64,000 nt of DNA, from contig FLMG01003777.1 in assembly GCA_900088475.1 (NCBI GenBank), forward strand, positions 1-64,000. The letters are read 5' to 3'. The notes under the pieces are model-generated. The model made no database searches, was not told where the DNA came from, and saw only the letters and a program-made list of their open reading frames with translations. Position 1 is the first letter of the stretch. Each line of letters begins with the position of its first letter. The stretch is from Hyphochytrium catenoides. Taxonomy: Eukaryota; Protista; Hyphochytriomycota. Position numbers and translations under genes: made by a program. Positions 1 to 13,524 of this stretch are shown in pieces.

Positions 1-160
1 GCGCTTGAGGGCTGCATTTTTACCAAGAGCGAGGAAGACGGACGTTCATGAAGCTTCGTCCTACTAAATCATTCATATAAATGTAACAGTCCCAGCAGCC
101 AAGGAAAGCACTAGCGACAAAAAGCTTGGGAAGGGCTAATGTCAAGCGCTATTCCAGGAG

Positions 161-1945
161 CTACATCCAGGTAAAGGAAGGGGTCACTAGCAAAGTGCCA
201 CCAACGATGGACCGTATACCCAGCTGATGAGATATGACAGAAGCGCCGGCAGAAGCCCAGGCGTGAGAGGAAATAGAAGGACAGAAGTCTAAGGAGGCTG
301 TGCGTGACCTAGCGAATACGGAGTAATTAAAGGTACCGGAGAGAGCCGGATAGTTGTTATGCAGATCGGAGAAGAAGAGAGAGCGCAGGCCAGGTAGTTG
401 GAGGACGTTCTGGGACGAAGCTGTCCTCCCTTGCAACCTGAGTGCTCAGACGACAGCCCTCTAAGAGAGTATGATGCTTTGCTTTGCTTTGCCATTGCCA
501 CCACTAGTAATTGTCCTGGCTGGCTCCAATTCAGCGTAGGAACGTGTGAGTTGTAGTCGCCCTTCTTTCTCGACTCCTTCAGTTTGGGAAATGCAGTCCA
601 GACTATGCCCCCGAAGATAAGACCCGTCGCGGGAGACGAGGGCTGTTGCTAATGCTGGGCTCCATGTTTGCGGTGTCCAGGTAGGATTCTGAATGAGAAC
701 CCCTTTGTTTCCTCAAGAGACAGCCTGTCATCCGCCCATACCATTTGCCCAAGAGAGACCTTTTGGTCCTTACTCCTGGTGACTCTCTGGACTGCCGATG
801 TGCAAGAATCTCCTCAAGGGGATCTCCGCCGCCGGACCGGGTAAGGAGAATGTCCTGAGGTGATGGAGGAGATGTATTAGCTTCTGTCAGCGGCGATGAG
901 GTTCGTTTGGAAAAACGTCTAAGGCTACTCGATCGCTGATTGTTCACTTCATCTTCGGGTTGCTCTGGGGAGTCTTCAGCGCCGAGCCCGACAATTCCAA
1001 TGCGGGCCCAGGTTGGAACTCGAAACATTATGCCACTCTCCACATAAGGCTCCGAAGCACTTCAGTTGAGTTAGTTGTTGAGCCCGGCAACAAGGTAGTA
1101 TGAATGAAGCTCTTGGTAAGCCTTTCACTCAGAATAGAGGAAAAATCAGCCCAGTTGCTCCATAAATGGCGCCTTCGAAGTGACTGAAACGGAACAAGAG
1201 CTTTGAGTTGGCGGAACGTCCCGATAAAATGTTATAGCTGTTGAGATGTAGATTGATAATAAAGGGTTACCCTTTCATTCCTGGCAGTAAACCATGAGGT
1301 TTCCTTGCTTCTCAATCATCGTAGTGCTGCTTGGTACGACGTTGTACCTAGTGCAAGCGCGCTGCTCCAAATTTGGCCATAAGAGGCTCGCTGGCACTGG
1401 TGCCACATCTCTACATCGCATATAGTCATGTACCCTATCTTGGGAACTCCTCTATCCAAGGCGAAGCAGCACTGCAAGCAAGCAGTAGCAGGCAAGCTTT
1501 CCAATCACCTGCAGTTGTTGCATCATCGTCGGTCGCATGCACTTCCGGATTTCTCACTGTTCGCTGTTCGCGCAGGAACGCTTGGTTCAATGCCAAAGCC
1601 GGTAACGTCAAGTCACTAATGGAACGAGAACATACAACCAAAAAAGGGAACTGGTGACAACGTTTGTAGTAGCCTGTCATAATGCATTGGCCCGGATGTT
1701 ATGTTCTCTCCCACAACGGCTTACAGGTACAACGCACAAACTGCGACGACCTGCTATTTTCGGAGGCCTCACGAGAATGGTGTTAGCAAGAGGTAAAAGA
1801 CGCAGTTTTTGGTTGCTGATTACTTGAGCGCAATATTCTAACATCTGCGCTTCTAGAGCTTCGGATGACAGTCGGCAGAGCACGGTGCTGCTGCCTGGTA
1901 AGCCATCCAGATCCCGTCCTCCAGCTGAGGCAGAGTTGCGGTATA
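161..1945 (-). CDS. Possible multi-exon hypothetical gene, divergent from LpxA; probably incomplete
   Basis: Minus-strand ORF pieces 603-1043 (Ser/Pro-rich) and 1677-1883. A plausible GTAAGG..CATTCAG intron (~772-688) joins 'SRESPG' to an open frame 'NPTWTPQTWSPALA...'. No family recognised. Confidence 0.3.
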
Positions 1946-2157
1946 TACCTATCTACTAACCAGGACGGGCTTTTGAAGACATTCTAGGGATGGGCTTTGA
2001 CAGTGGGGCCGGAGGTCAAAGTGATCTTACGAATATGACTGCGCATTGAGGGTTTTGATTGTAAGACAGCAGGGGACTAGGTCATTGAGGCCTTACGTAG
2101 AAAGCGCAGGAAAAAATGTTCTCTGGCACAACTTGAGATATTTGAGTGTAGGTTACA

Positions 2158-4422
2158 ATGCTAAGAGCGCCCGACATGGTCCGGACGCTTGGACCACGTT
2201 TCTATTTCGGTAGGAACCATCAAAGTCTTAGCGCCGGCCACGCGTCAAGGAGGAAGTTACATACTTCTCAAAGCGCTCCTCTCTCGTCACTGGCACATCC
2301 GCTTACATGGTTAGAGTCATACGTTCTTGGTGTAGTGCTTCTTTTATCATCTGATACTATGTCTCTATCGCTTCTGTCCTTGGCTATTCTTAAGATCAAC
2401 GCCGTTATGTCGAGATATCTCTTCTCACTCCTTTTGGGTTATTCCTTTTCCTTGTCTATCCTCACTGGCCCAGGGAATCTTCCACGGAAATAGACAATAG
2501 CGCCGTGGTCCACCCCACCGCAGTCCTCAATCGGGGGGTTAAAGTTGGTCCATATTGCACCGTGGGACCTAACGTGACTCTGGGGGAGGGAGTCGAGCTG
2601 AAGAGTCACGTAGTGATAACAGGGGATACGCAAGTGGGACCTGGTTCAATCTTATTTCCCTTCGCTTGCGTGGGAGAACAGCCCCAGGACAAGAAGTACC
2701 AGGAAGGTGAACCTTCGTCCACGATTATAGGTAGCAAAACCATTATCAGGTAGGTTAAGGCTACCGGAGACGATAAGTGTAGGAGACAGAGTGTCGCTCA
2801 AAGAGCAAGCAGTCCCGGCAAGGTTAGCGGGCCACCGTTCACATGGCGCATTCAAATCACTGGTTTCCTTTATGCAGAGAACATGTTACGGTTCACGGTG
2901 GGACCGCTAAAGGGGGCGGTCAGACGCTCATTGGAGATGGCTGCTTGGTGAGGGATGGTTTTGATTCCCTCGCAGAATCCCATTCCGTCGTACTAAACCT
3001 CATCCATCTTTGGTGTTTCAACTAGTATATTCTGTCGTCTAGAACTGTCTATGTTTAACTTCGTTTGGTCCTGTCAATGGCTGCAGTTGATGGTAGGGGC
3101 ACACGTAGCGCACGACTGTAGAGTAGGAGACGGATGCATCCTTGCGAATCAGGTGGGGTCCGTTCTGCTATTTTACCTAACACTGTCGCTTGCAATGTCA
3201 TGGCACTGGGAGAGTTCACACTATCCCCCTCTTCGCTCCTTCAGTTGCTTCGAATCGGCTCAGCTCTTGCCTGACGTTCAACTGTTGTCTAACTTATGGC
3301 AGGTCGCATTAGCGGGACACGTGACTGTTCACGATGAAGCAATTTTGGGGGGAGGCTCCGGGGTACGACAGTTCGTCACTATCGGACGGTAAGACTACAA
3401 TGGCCCTCTTAACGCATCTTGTAGGGGATAGGCGGACTGGAGTATAGGGATTTGGCATTTCTTTCAGTTCGCGTGTTCCCGCTAGTTGCCTGCAACCTTC
3501 GCTCCTATCGTTTGGGGAAGCTATTCCATTTGCTCTTGTTGCTATGATTTCCTTGATAGGCCCCTTGCGCTTTCCCTCCTTGTCAGCACATAGTGTTTAC
3601 CGATTTCTATTACTTGTTCTCTATTGCCTCTGCTTGCAGGAAAGCCATGGTGGGAGGGATGAGTGCCATCAACGCCGATGTCATACCGTTCGGGTGAGAT
3701 GACGACCTTTTGTGCAACATCGTCCAAACGGCTGCTAACCAGATGTACTTGTTGGCCTCTTTTCTAAATCTTGGTGGGGGCACGGCAAAAGGTTAGCGCA
3801 AGGCAATGCGGCACGACTTCTGGGCCTTAATCTGGTTGGCTTGCGACGAGCGAAGGTACGACTGGCTCATCTACATGAATGACGGAAAGGGAAGGAAAGG
3901 AGAAAGGCTACTGCGGTGGTCCTTTGAAACAATCGACCAAGATAGAGCTTAAGAGGTTAGCTCATAAGGCGTGACAACTGGCCCTAACTTTGCTAAGGTG
4001 CCAGCAGGGGATATCAAGCGGCTCCTCAGCGCATACCGATATATTTTCAGGCCTCCACAGAGTGATTCGCCTTTTGCTCGGGCGCTAAGGTAAAGTAATC
4101 AAGAAGTAACCTTTCGAGGCACAAGAAACCGAGAAGAGAACGAATAGGAGATAGATATCACCATCGACAGCACGAGCTAATCGAATAACGTCATATCCTA
4201 ATTGCCCCTATCTCCAGCCTCCCAGCTCACCCCACCGTCCAAGAGCGAGCAGCGGAAGTTCTGCATTTCGATTCAAGTCCTCTTGTTCAGGAGATGGTAT
4301 GTTCATCTATAGACTCTGCGCCCCCCAAAGCCTCATAGTTTCACTCCTTCTAGGCCCGATTTATTTTTGAGACCAACAGTCGATCCCGCAAGGCCCTATG
4401 CATGCATCCAGAGATTCGATAG
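2158..4422 (+). CDS. lpxA: UDP-N-acetylglucosamine O-acyltransferase (lipid A pathway step 1) with N-terminal mitochondrial-type presequence; ~10 exons
   Basis: Spliced exons give hexapeptide repeats VHPTAVLNRGVKVGPYCTVGPNVTLGEGV, PQDKKY, IREHVTVHGGT, MVGAHVAHDC (catalytic His), LAGHVTV, DVIPFG and GLNLVGLRR. Exon 1 is Arg/Ser-rich (RRKLHTSQS). Stop TAG at 4420-4422. Confidence 0.93.
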
Positions 4423-4611
4423 AGACAATTGTATACCGTTCGCTACCGGAAGGTGTCTTCTTTATAGTTGCTATTGTGAAGGAGCTTGGTCTAGAGATGG
4501 CACAGGAGACGAAACCTTTTGAGAGAAAGTGCCAGGATTTGTTATCAGTCTCAGGATGCCTTTTAATTAAGGGTCACTACCTCCCTGAGTATCGAAAGTT
4601 AGTCTCGGTAG

Positions 4612-7600
4612 TTAGAGTCTAGAGACTTGGGCTCTCTGCTCTGCACCTACGCTCTCTACTAACGCTACTATATCGTCGAGAGCACGAGTGATCTGCCCTT
4701 TGAAGCGAAGTGCATCTTTATCTCGACAGGACTTGCGGGAAGTGATGACAAACAGCAGAGTGTTTGGAAGTCTGCATACACAAAGAAAAAATTGGGTAAG
4801 CGGGTGAGAGAAGCCCCTAAATTCTGACGTAAGCACAAGAGGGAAGCCAAGGCGCTGTAGCTTTGGATCAGCCAACTAGCCGATGTGCACTACGACGACT
4901 GAGCAAATTGAAAGGAGCTGGAAACAAGTGCAGCAGGCCAAAGTTGCGACCAATAAAGTGAAAGGGAACCTTTACAGTCAACTGAACTTTGTTCCGTAGT
5001 AAGGTGAGAGAATCATCTTGACAAACTTACTTGCAGACATAGCAGACGCCATAGGCGTCTTTGGAGGGAGCCCCGAAACCGGGGAAGTTCTCCTCTTGAT
5101 AGACCATCTGGGAGGTCGACAAGTTGAAGGTCGTCATCTTGGCTGCGTCGAATAATGTGAAAAGAGAGTGAGACCTGACTAGTAGACTAAGATGTGACTG
5201 CCCGCACGAAGAGATCCAGAATGTGACAGATCTGCATGAGACACAAGAGAACATAGCAGCGATATCTATCCACCCTCTCCAGAGCTACTTACTATAGGAT
5301 GGATGCTGCAAAAAGCCAGGGACAGGTAGATCGTTTTCCACTGCCAACATCCTAAAAGCAAGGAAATGTCGGTCAAAGGCACGTCCAGCCATGGCTCGCT
5401 TTGTGTATCTCGAGTGGGCCTCGACTGCTTTTGTAAAGAGGGCCATCTGAAAGGCGAATTCAGTCAATAGCGGCACTGGGGAAAGTAGGTAGCTGACCAT
5501 GATCAGAGGCTGCGAAGAAGAGCAAAAGATATTGTTTCGTCTAGAGGTAATCAGAATGGAGCCTTCCGTACCCGTTCTTCCTTGGTTGCAGAAAGTGAAG
5601 GTGAAGCTGAAGGCGAATGCCCTTCCATGCTTAGAATAAAGTCTCTGGCCTCTTTTTGCAGGCTCCGAATGTTTTCTGTGCGCCCGTGGTAGAACCCTCG
5701 CATAGTGGCAGTTTCATAAGTCGCGGAGAAGGCACGTTGGTCCCGATAGTATGCCAAGAGAAGGGCCTAGCCACGAGCGATACCAGGGTGAATTTGTCAC
5801 AATATCATAATAGACGGCAGACAGGCGCAGTGACAGGGAGGACCCAAAACGGTACAAGAAGAGAAGGCGCTACGATGGGCAGCGTTGGAAGTGCAATCAG
5901 TATGATACGCAACGTTTACCATTTGGCACATGGAGTCTGGGGGTATCTTGTTCATCTTGCAGAAGGTACTGCCTATTCGCCGGTATTGGAGAGCACACAT
6001 GACATTCTCTGAGCAAAGCTCATGGTAGAAGTTGGCGCCTTTTGCAATAATCTGCTGTAGCTCTGCAGTATCAACCTTGATGAAGCAAGTGTGATTAGAG
6101 TCAGATTTTGTTCCGTACGGACGGCGCTAGATGATAGTGGTAGGTCAGATTTAACATATGACGCTAAGCCAAACAACTTTTGAGACTGGCAGCGCTTAGC
6201 TTTAGAGATGCCACAGAGCCCTGGAAGACTGACAGCAGCTCTCAGAGATACCAAGAAAGCGAATGAGCAATTGCAAGTAAGAGAAAGTCCGAGATTTACA
6301 TCGGATTTCTCAGAAGTGGTCTCACCTTCCATCGGACTGGAGTTGGCAATGACTTCAGCGATGTAGACTGCAAATTTTCCTCTATATTCATGAAGAGTTT
6401 AGAAAATGTGTATGGACGAGGAAGAAAGAGGTAAGTTCTCAGTCACACAGCCGACCGCCGCAAGCATCATAGCCGCCCTGAGGACAATTACAGACTTTCG
6501 CACGCATGACGCATTGAGCATAAATGGGGCCAATAAGAAAGGGCGCAAGAAGTCAACTCTCCTCCTCCAAGAAGAAAAGAGCGTGAGAGCGATTATAGGG
6601 AAGACAGCATTAGAGGGAGGACCGAAGATAGCCATCTTCAAAGACCGAAGCACGAGCAAGGGAGGTCAAGGCCTCGGATAGGGACCACAACAAACGTGGC
6701 AAGCAGAAGTGATTGCGACGGCGGTATAGTTGGTTAAGAAAAATCTTGGTCTGGAGAAACAAAAAAGTGATAAGGAAGAAGCCCGCCAGGTTGAGCGTGA
6801 CGGGGGGCTCATCCCCTCATGAGCTGCCACCCACCATAGACAGACCCAATACTCTGCGCTTCCTGCAGTGATGAAGGACGACTGACCTTAGACCCTTCCC
6901 CCCTCCTGGAAGTAGCAGTATCTCTGATCAAACTTACCTCTAGTATTCGTGTAGGTACAGGTGCATCCGCGGCCCCATGCTCGCCATTAAAGCCAACAAC
7001 ACCATTGGCAAAGAACATCTGTCAGACGGGACAAACCGAATGAAAACCGAGGCAAGCTACATACGCTTAGCAAATGGGCGAACATAGGGGAAACTATAAT
7101 ATATATGGGTCTGCAGTAGTAGAGGGAAGGACCCACAGAAGAGCAGATAGCTAGCAGCGTGCCGAACAGTAAGGTGTCACTAAGGTGCTAGATTTGGCAG
7201 AGGACACAACACGAACAGGAAGAACAGAAGTGTTAATGAGAGAAGCACGTGACAAAGACACCTCCATACCATGGTGAAGACTTTGTCAAACCAGATCCCA
7301 CCCAGTTCCCCCTCTTGACAGAGGCGCATGGCCTCTGAGGGGTTGGAGGGCGTACGGTCACTTAAGACAATGGCGAATAGAGCACTGGAGAGAGACAATG
7401 GATCAGCGTAACGACCTAGGGACTTCCATTCCACCCTCGTGCTTCCCCCATTCTTTGTCTAACAAAAATTTTGATCTCCTCCTTGCCAGCAACTCTTCTA
7501 AGCCATTTCTATGCCTTTGGTCTGAATGGTCCCTATCGAACGCCTTTCTTCCCGTTAGCGCTATTTTATTATCTCTCTCGACTAGGCTTGCTTACTAACC

Positions 7601-9250
7601 TCTCAATCCGATCAATCGCCTTCTTGTTCAGTGGGTCTGCCATCCTCAAGCGCTCCCGGTATTCTGCCCACTGATCTCGAGGAAGAGCGGTAAGGGCGGC
7701 CACCTCTCGCTCCTGTCTTTTGGGGTGTGGCTGGATTGCTTGAGCTTTTATATGTTGGAAGGCGGAAAAAAGTTCACCAGGAGACATAGGAAGCTCCTCT
7801 ATTCCTCCCTCTCCGATGACATCCAGTGCAAACCATTGGCCCCTGCAATTGATGACTATGTGGCGGGCAGCCGGGGTATTGAGGAGGGTATCGCGCTCTT
7901 TGCCTAATAACAGGAAACCGCTTTAGCAGAGTTCTCGATGAACGCGGACAAACTCCAAATATGTCTACTCTCTTTCATTCATTTCGGACCTCTTTAGGTC
8001 TCTTTGACGGAAAAGGCTAGTGCTTCCCAGGCACTAGCACTCTGGGCGACGCTCGGCACGCCACATAAACTTAGAACTTTTCTTCCGTATCTATTCAACT
8101 CATAGAAGCATGGAAGGAGATGACAGGAAAAAAAAGCAGTCATACCAGGTACTCTCGTTGTAGCAAACATCCTGAAGTATTGATCCATGGCCATAGGAAT
8201 TGTCTTCGCTCTGTCGAGGTAGTCCGGAGCCAAATCCGCACGGTCAAGCAGCTGCTTGACTCTTACCAGACCAAAGGTAAAGGCTGCGGCCCTTCTTAAC
8301 CCTTTCTGCTCTGCATCCTGTCCCTCGAATCCTTTTGCATTGTAGAGGGTGCCAAAGAAGTTCGAGAACACTGCAAGCGGGCTACGGTCTGCAAAGTAGG
8401 CTAAGGGCTCCCACCATGGCTCCTGTTGTTGGAGAATAGAAATTGTGATAGAGAAGCAGGCCAACAGTTATGACAAATGAAGAGATAGACAAAGAGTGGG
8501 ACTCTCAAATTGGGAAGTAGTTCTTGAAGAACGAAGCCAGCACGGATATGACACTTGAAAGGAACGGCACCGGACAAGGATGAGTAGGTAGAGCGCTACG
8601 GCAGTGTAATGGGCCCCAGGATACAAAGGAAGTCATAAGGCTTAAGGAGGAGGTTTTTTTCACCAGCCATGTGCAGTTGGGATAGTCTTGTCTATTCCTA
8701 TGCGCGACGGCTCTAAGTTCTAAGAGCCTCTGCAATTTCTGAGCCTCATCAGACCGGGCAAAAGTCTCTACCAGCGTCCGTGCCTCCTCCAATTCTCCCA
8801 CTGTCAGAACCGCTTCAGCCTAAAAGAAGGGCCCAGGGGGTTAAGACTAGGAAGATGGGGATAGAACCTTAAGACGTCACCGTACAGCTTGAAGATACGC
8901 CGAGAGCGATTCCTCCAGCTTTGGAGTTGGAAGTTTTGGCAACGTATGCTGTGGAAGTTGGAAGAGAAGCAGAGCGTCAGATTGGAGGCTTAAAGCCCCA
9001 CTCTGAGAATGTCATCGAGTAGGACTTGTGCACAAGTAAGCCCATTGAGAGTATGAAAGAAGGTTATGAGGAAGAACCGGGGACCGACAGGGCGCGGACG
9101 AGAAGAGGAGAGGTCACAAAGCAAAGCCTGTAGAGGTCAGAGATTACTGATGAGCGAGGATGAACTGTGCCTGTGCCGAGATCGAGGAGAAAGCGCTACC
9201 TCTAGGCTGAAGGTTGGAACTACAGCGGGAGGCGAAGGATTTGATGACAT
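4612..9250 (-). CDS. Choline/carnitine O-acyltransferase family (CROT/CRAT-like) with C-terminal PTS1; many exons
   Basis: Exons encode LPKLPTPKLEESL, PMAMDQYFRMFATTRVPG, WFDK, NGEHGAADA (catalytic His), TYETATMRGFYHGRTENIRS, GRAFDRHFLA, FNLSTSQ and GFGAPSKDAYGVCY. The protein ends ...QVSRL*. ATG at 9250 in a caccATG context. Confidence 0.9.
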
Positions 9251-10245
9251 GGTGAGCCTTTGACAGGGCCGTTAGGCGGTGCTTTCTTATAAGGCTTATA
9301 AGTGGCGCTCCTCTTCTGCTCTGTCGCTTGTGCACTGAGCGAGAGATCGACAATTGGTCGATCCGAGGCGAGGCCAAGGGTGCTGATGGCTACCACGCAG
9401 GAAAGAGGAAGTGTATGGCTTGGCAGGGATGAGAAGCATCATCCCAACAGATGAGGGAGACAGTTCTACATCTCTTTGAGGGGGAAAGGAAAGAAGAGAG
9501 AGGCCAAAGATCCTCTTCCTCCTATGATTGAGAAGTGCCTGCCCCTAGCTGCCTGGAGCTGAAGGGCAGGGAGGAGGAGGTTGCGAGGCGGCCAGGATTG
9601 TGCCGCTCCAGCACTTCAACATGCACCACCTTCAGAACCCTCACCATTCCAAACAGTAAGCAGTGATTGGGAACTATTACATGATTCTTACTGTGTTTGT
9701 TTCTAAATAAGTCCAGATATCCACGACAGAACTAGTAAATGACCCTGTCGTGAGCCTAATACCGTTTTACCGCTGCAGTCCTTCCTCCTCTGCTGCTAGG
9801 GCCCGGGAACAGAGATGCTGAAGAACTGATGAGGGATGTCGGACCTTCTCCCTTGGCCTCTGCACCTCTCTGTCTGGGGGTTTGGACAGTGAGGAGCACA
9901 GCGCTTGGGAGGGTTGAGGGCAGAGCGAGAAGAGCGCTAGGAGTGTAGTGGTGGTACGAGTACGGACGGTCGCCGCTGCCATTGCTCTCGGGCTACCCGG
10001 ACTGGATCGCAGCAAGTAGAATGGCTCCTTTCCCTTTCTCGTAGCTGGTATGCAGTTAGACGTATCTTTGTGGCCATCATGCTTCTTCTTCACCTAGTAG
10101 GGTAGTGCTTCTCTGCTGCTGTATGAGGGGCACCGTGATAGGACTGCGATGGTCTACTGGCACTATGATGTGCCCCTGCAGCTACCATCCAGCACTTAAT
10201 TTAAAATTTGCCACTCCTGGCTGAAGCATTCCACGAGCCATCAAC

Positions 10246-12698
10246 TCAGAAAAAAGACGCAATGATACCCGCCACGGGAGCAATCCACAAGCCCTGTTTC
10301 CAGCCAAGGCCAGAGAGGCGGCGCTCATCTTCCTGGAAAGTCTCAGCAGTTACTTTCTTGCAAAACTGCTCTAAATGCTGCTGTTCAGCATGCAGTGCGC
10401 GGCGAAGGTTTGCATTCTCCGTGATGATAAATATCTACAAGTTCGCCATTGTCCACACAGCACGACGATTAAACTACTATTTAGCTAACAGAGAAAGAGG
10501 GGAAAGAACCAACCTGAGATTCAAGGTCTTTCTCATGTGAGCGTCGGCCAAAATTGGGGCTGCCAATGGAGGTGAGGAAGGGATCCTCCGCGTCAGGTGG
10601 CGTCGCCCAGATACCCTTTCCGTGGAATGTCCAGCCGTCGCGCTCATATTCGTAGAGCTGAAGGTCACTGATAAGATCAGAGAGTGCAACAAGCGTTACC
10701 GAAGGAGTCAGAAGCTCCATCAAAAGCCATATGCAGCTTACCTCTTACGTGACCTGCACATGTTGAAAAACCTCTTCTCTATCAGTGTATACGCCATGGG
10801 CACCGCCCCAGCAACGCCTTTGGCGACATAGAAACCATTGGCCTTCACAAGAGGGTTAGAGTTGGAAAGGAAGTTGTTTCTACATCGCTATTCCTGGTCC
10901 ACCCAAGATGATGAGAAGCCTCCTACCTTAGGCGACGCCGTTATGACTTTGACCAGCGCCTTGCACTCAATTAGCTCTTGAATAAAGTATTCGGGGAAGT
11001 TCAGATAGCCCGATGCTATGGTCGTAGTCCATCCGCGCTTGAGAGTCTCCAACAAAAAGCGGGTAACAGAATGGTCGTGAAGCACGCCCACCGGGTTCAT
11101 CTGAACCGTCAAAAATGCCCAAGTGTCTAGCGAAGATTCAGGACAGGATTAGCTACGATGATTGAAGAGAGAGAAGGATGGACACGGAATCACTTAATAA
11201 CCTCAAGCAAATGCAGAAAGGGAGGGTAGGCGTATGAAATGCTCCGCAAGAGTGGTATGTTCCATAAGCATTTCCCTTGTTTATCTTACCTGCCTTGTCA
11301 GGCTCCTCATCTAGAGGCAAAAATTCAGGTTCGCAGAAGCGGTCCAAATCTTCCTTAAGAGTCTTTAGGGGTTTCTCATGCGAGACAAGTTCGAAGCCTC
11401 TCCCCTCGACAGCTATAACTTCGTGTGAGTGCTGCGCAATCAGAGGAGGGACAAAAAGATGGTGTGTCAGTGCCCCAATATGATTCTTAAAGCAGGAATA
11501 TAGGATATGGTGTCACATTGAAGAGCTTAGTCGCCCCACCGCACTCACTTCACTTTGCCCTGCCAACACTTCTTCAACCATAACGCGAATAGGCCTATAT
11601 CTACCAACCCAAAAGAATCGACGGCAGTATGGCTCTTCTCTTCCTTCTCCCTCCTCCTGTTTACATACTAACCAACTCTTCCTACCTGAGCCACTGTATG
11701 GACAAGATCGTGGTAATAGGAGGCCAGCCCCTTACTGCGCTTGAGTGACATACATCGATCTTGTCGGTTGGTGAAATAGTCTTCGCTCAAGTTCGCCCCG
11801 CTCATTATGAGCTGGTCGTCGAATACATAGGCCTTGAGATGAAAGACACCAAGCGTCTCATTCCAAGGCGAAGGCGTCCATTTCAAAAGCCCTCGAAGAA
11901 TGGGTGCGCGGAAGAGACTACGGATATAGACGGCAGGTTAACGCAGCAGCCGGAGGAAGGTAGGTTCAAAGGTATAGCTGCAAAGTCGAGCAAACCAATC
12001 CTCCGCCATCCGTGGCCGCAAGAGACAGGCTTGTCAGCTTGGTTTGAAGATATTACCTTAGAGTAAATCGTCCCGGAAACTTTGCAGCCAATGTGCCAAT
12101 GACGTCTACCGAACTCTTGGGTCGATTCCGTTGGCCTCTAGAGTAGTCGAGGACGATCTGGACTCGGAGATCGGGATTTTTCTCAAGCGCCAGTTCTAAT
12201 GCATCCACCAAGCCTCTCTCCAAACCTCCAGTGCCCTATGAATGTAAAGTAGCCTGATAAGCAACAAATCACCTTGAACAAAAGGTGTTCGCCCTACAAT
12301 ACCAAGTATAGAGATGCAATGGAAATCTGCTGTTTCGCCTCAAGAATCCCGTTCTTTAACGCCTCGTAGAAACCTGAGGGGGTATTGATGATCTCTATGT
12401 CGTCACCATGAAGAGACACGGCAGGCGCTCTTGCGCGGAGGCCGCTGTATATACCCTTCAGGTAATCATCCATTGAGGGAGTCAGGAGCTATAAGGCAAA
12501 AAAAGTGAGAAATCAGGACATCGGCCACCCCAATATGTTACTGCCATGTACCTGACGACTGATACTGTAGGACATGCTCGCTTGACGCGACAATTTGAAC
12601 CGCCGATGGGAGTCCTCTTTCCTGAGCACAGCGCATAGGTTTCGTAGGCTTTGTACTGATCGGAGCGGTATGCCATACCGAAAACCTGTGGCATGCAT
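10246..12698 (-). CDS. PGS1: CDP-diacylglycerol--glycerol-3-phosphate 3-phosphatidyltransferase (PLD-type, mitochondrial)
   Basis: IASLYLGTG, LDYSRGQR, first HKD-like motif GVFHLKAYVFDDQLIMSGANLSEDYFTNRQDR, ASGYLNF, VITASPK, and second motif GWTFHGKGIW...IGSPNFGRRS. First exon (12698-12552) is Arg/Ser-rich like a presequence. Confidence 0.92.
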
Positions 12699-13524
12699 CT
12701 TGCCACCTACGGTCAACCAGCTATAGAGGATGCCGCATTTAGCTCTCTGTACACTCTAGACTCTACACGCCATCCCCACACTCTATGTCCGAGCACCAGT
12801 GGATGACAGACCACCTTCTGTCGCCTCAGTCAGACGTCGCTGCTGCTGCTGAAGCTCAAGAAGAGCTGAGAAGAGTGAGACAGAGTTCAAGCTCAGTCAT
12901 CAGAATCTTGATGGTCCCTTGCCCAAAGGCCATCACACCATCACACCTAAGGATAAAGTCCGAGGGAAGCTCTGGACTGAAGCGACACCCTCAACGTACA
13001 TCATAACAAGGTCGTACGCACGTATTACGACATGCTACATGCTTGTAGCAGGGTACCGCGCGTGCGAGAAAGAGTGATAGAGACATAGAGCGATCAGCGA
13101 GAAAGCTATCTTAGCAGTATGTACTTTTCTTGATAGGGTAGCAGACAGAGAATGAAGAGATGCCAATGCACCCGTTGGATACATTATCTTAGGACAGGCG
13201 TTGGTCCCCACCCACATTCTTCACTCATCGCCTTGGCACCTTGACACCTGTCATCTCCTGCTGTCATCGCCTCTGCCAAATCTCTCAGATGCTGGATGAA
13301 CGAGCTCCATGAGAGACAGAGAGACGCCTTCCCTTCCATTTATAAAGACTTGCAAGACTTCCTATCCTGGCAATTGCCTCGAAGACATACTTCGGGCAGT
13401 CTCCGGCAGAAAAGGATCCTGAGTCCAGCGGTTTTAGTTCAGACATACTCTACTGTGCGTCACTCCGATCCACTCTCTTCAAAGCGAGAAGCAGGAGAGA
13501 AAGACTAGCGTTCAAGCTCTAAAC

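Noticed and set aside
9767-10093. 108-aa minus-strand ORF with a signal-peptide-like stretch between PGS1 and the acyltransferase
   Set aside because: No homology cue or clear gene structure; may be UTR or intergenic.
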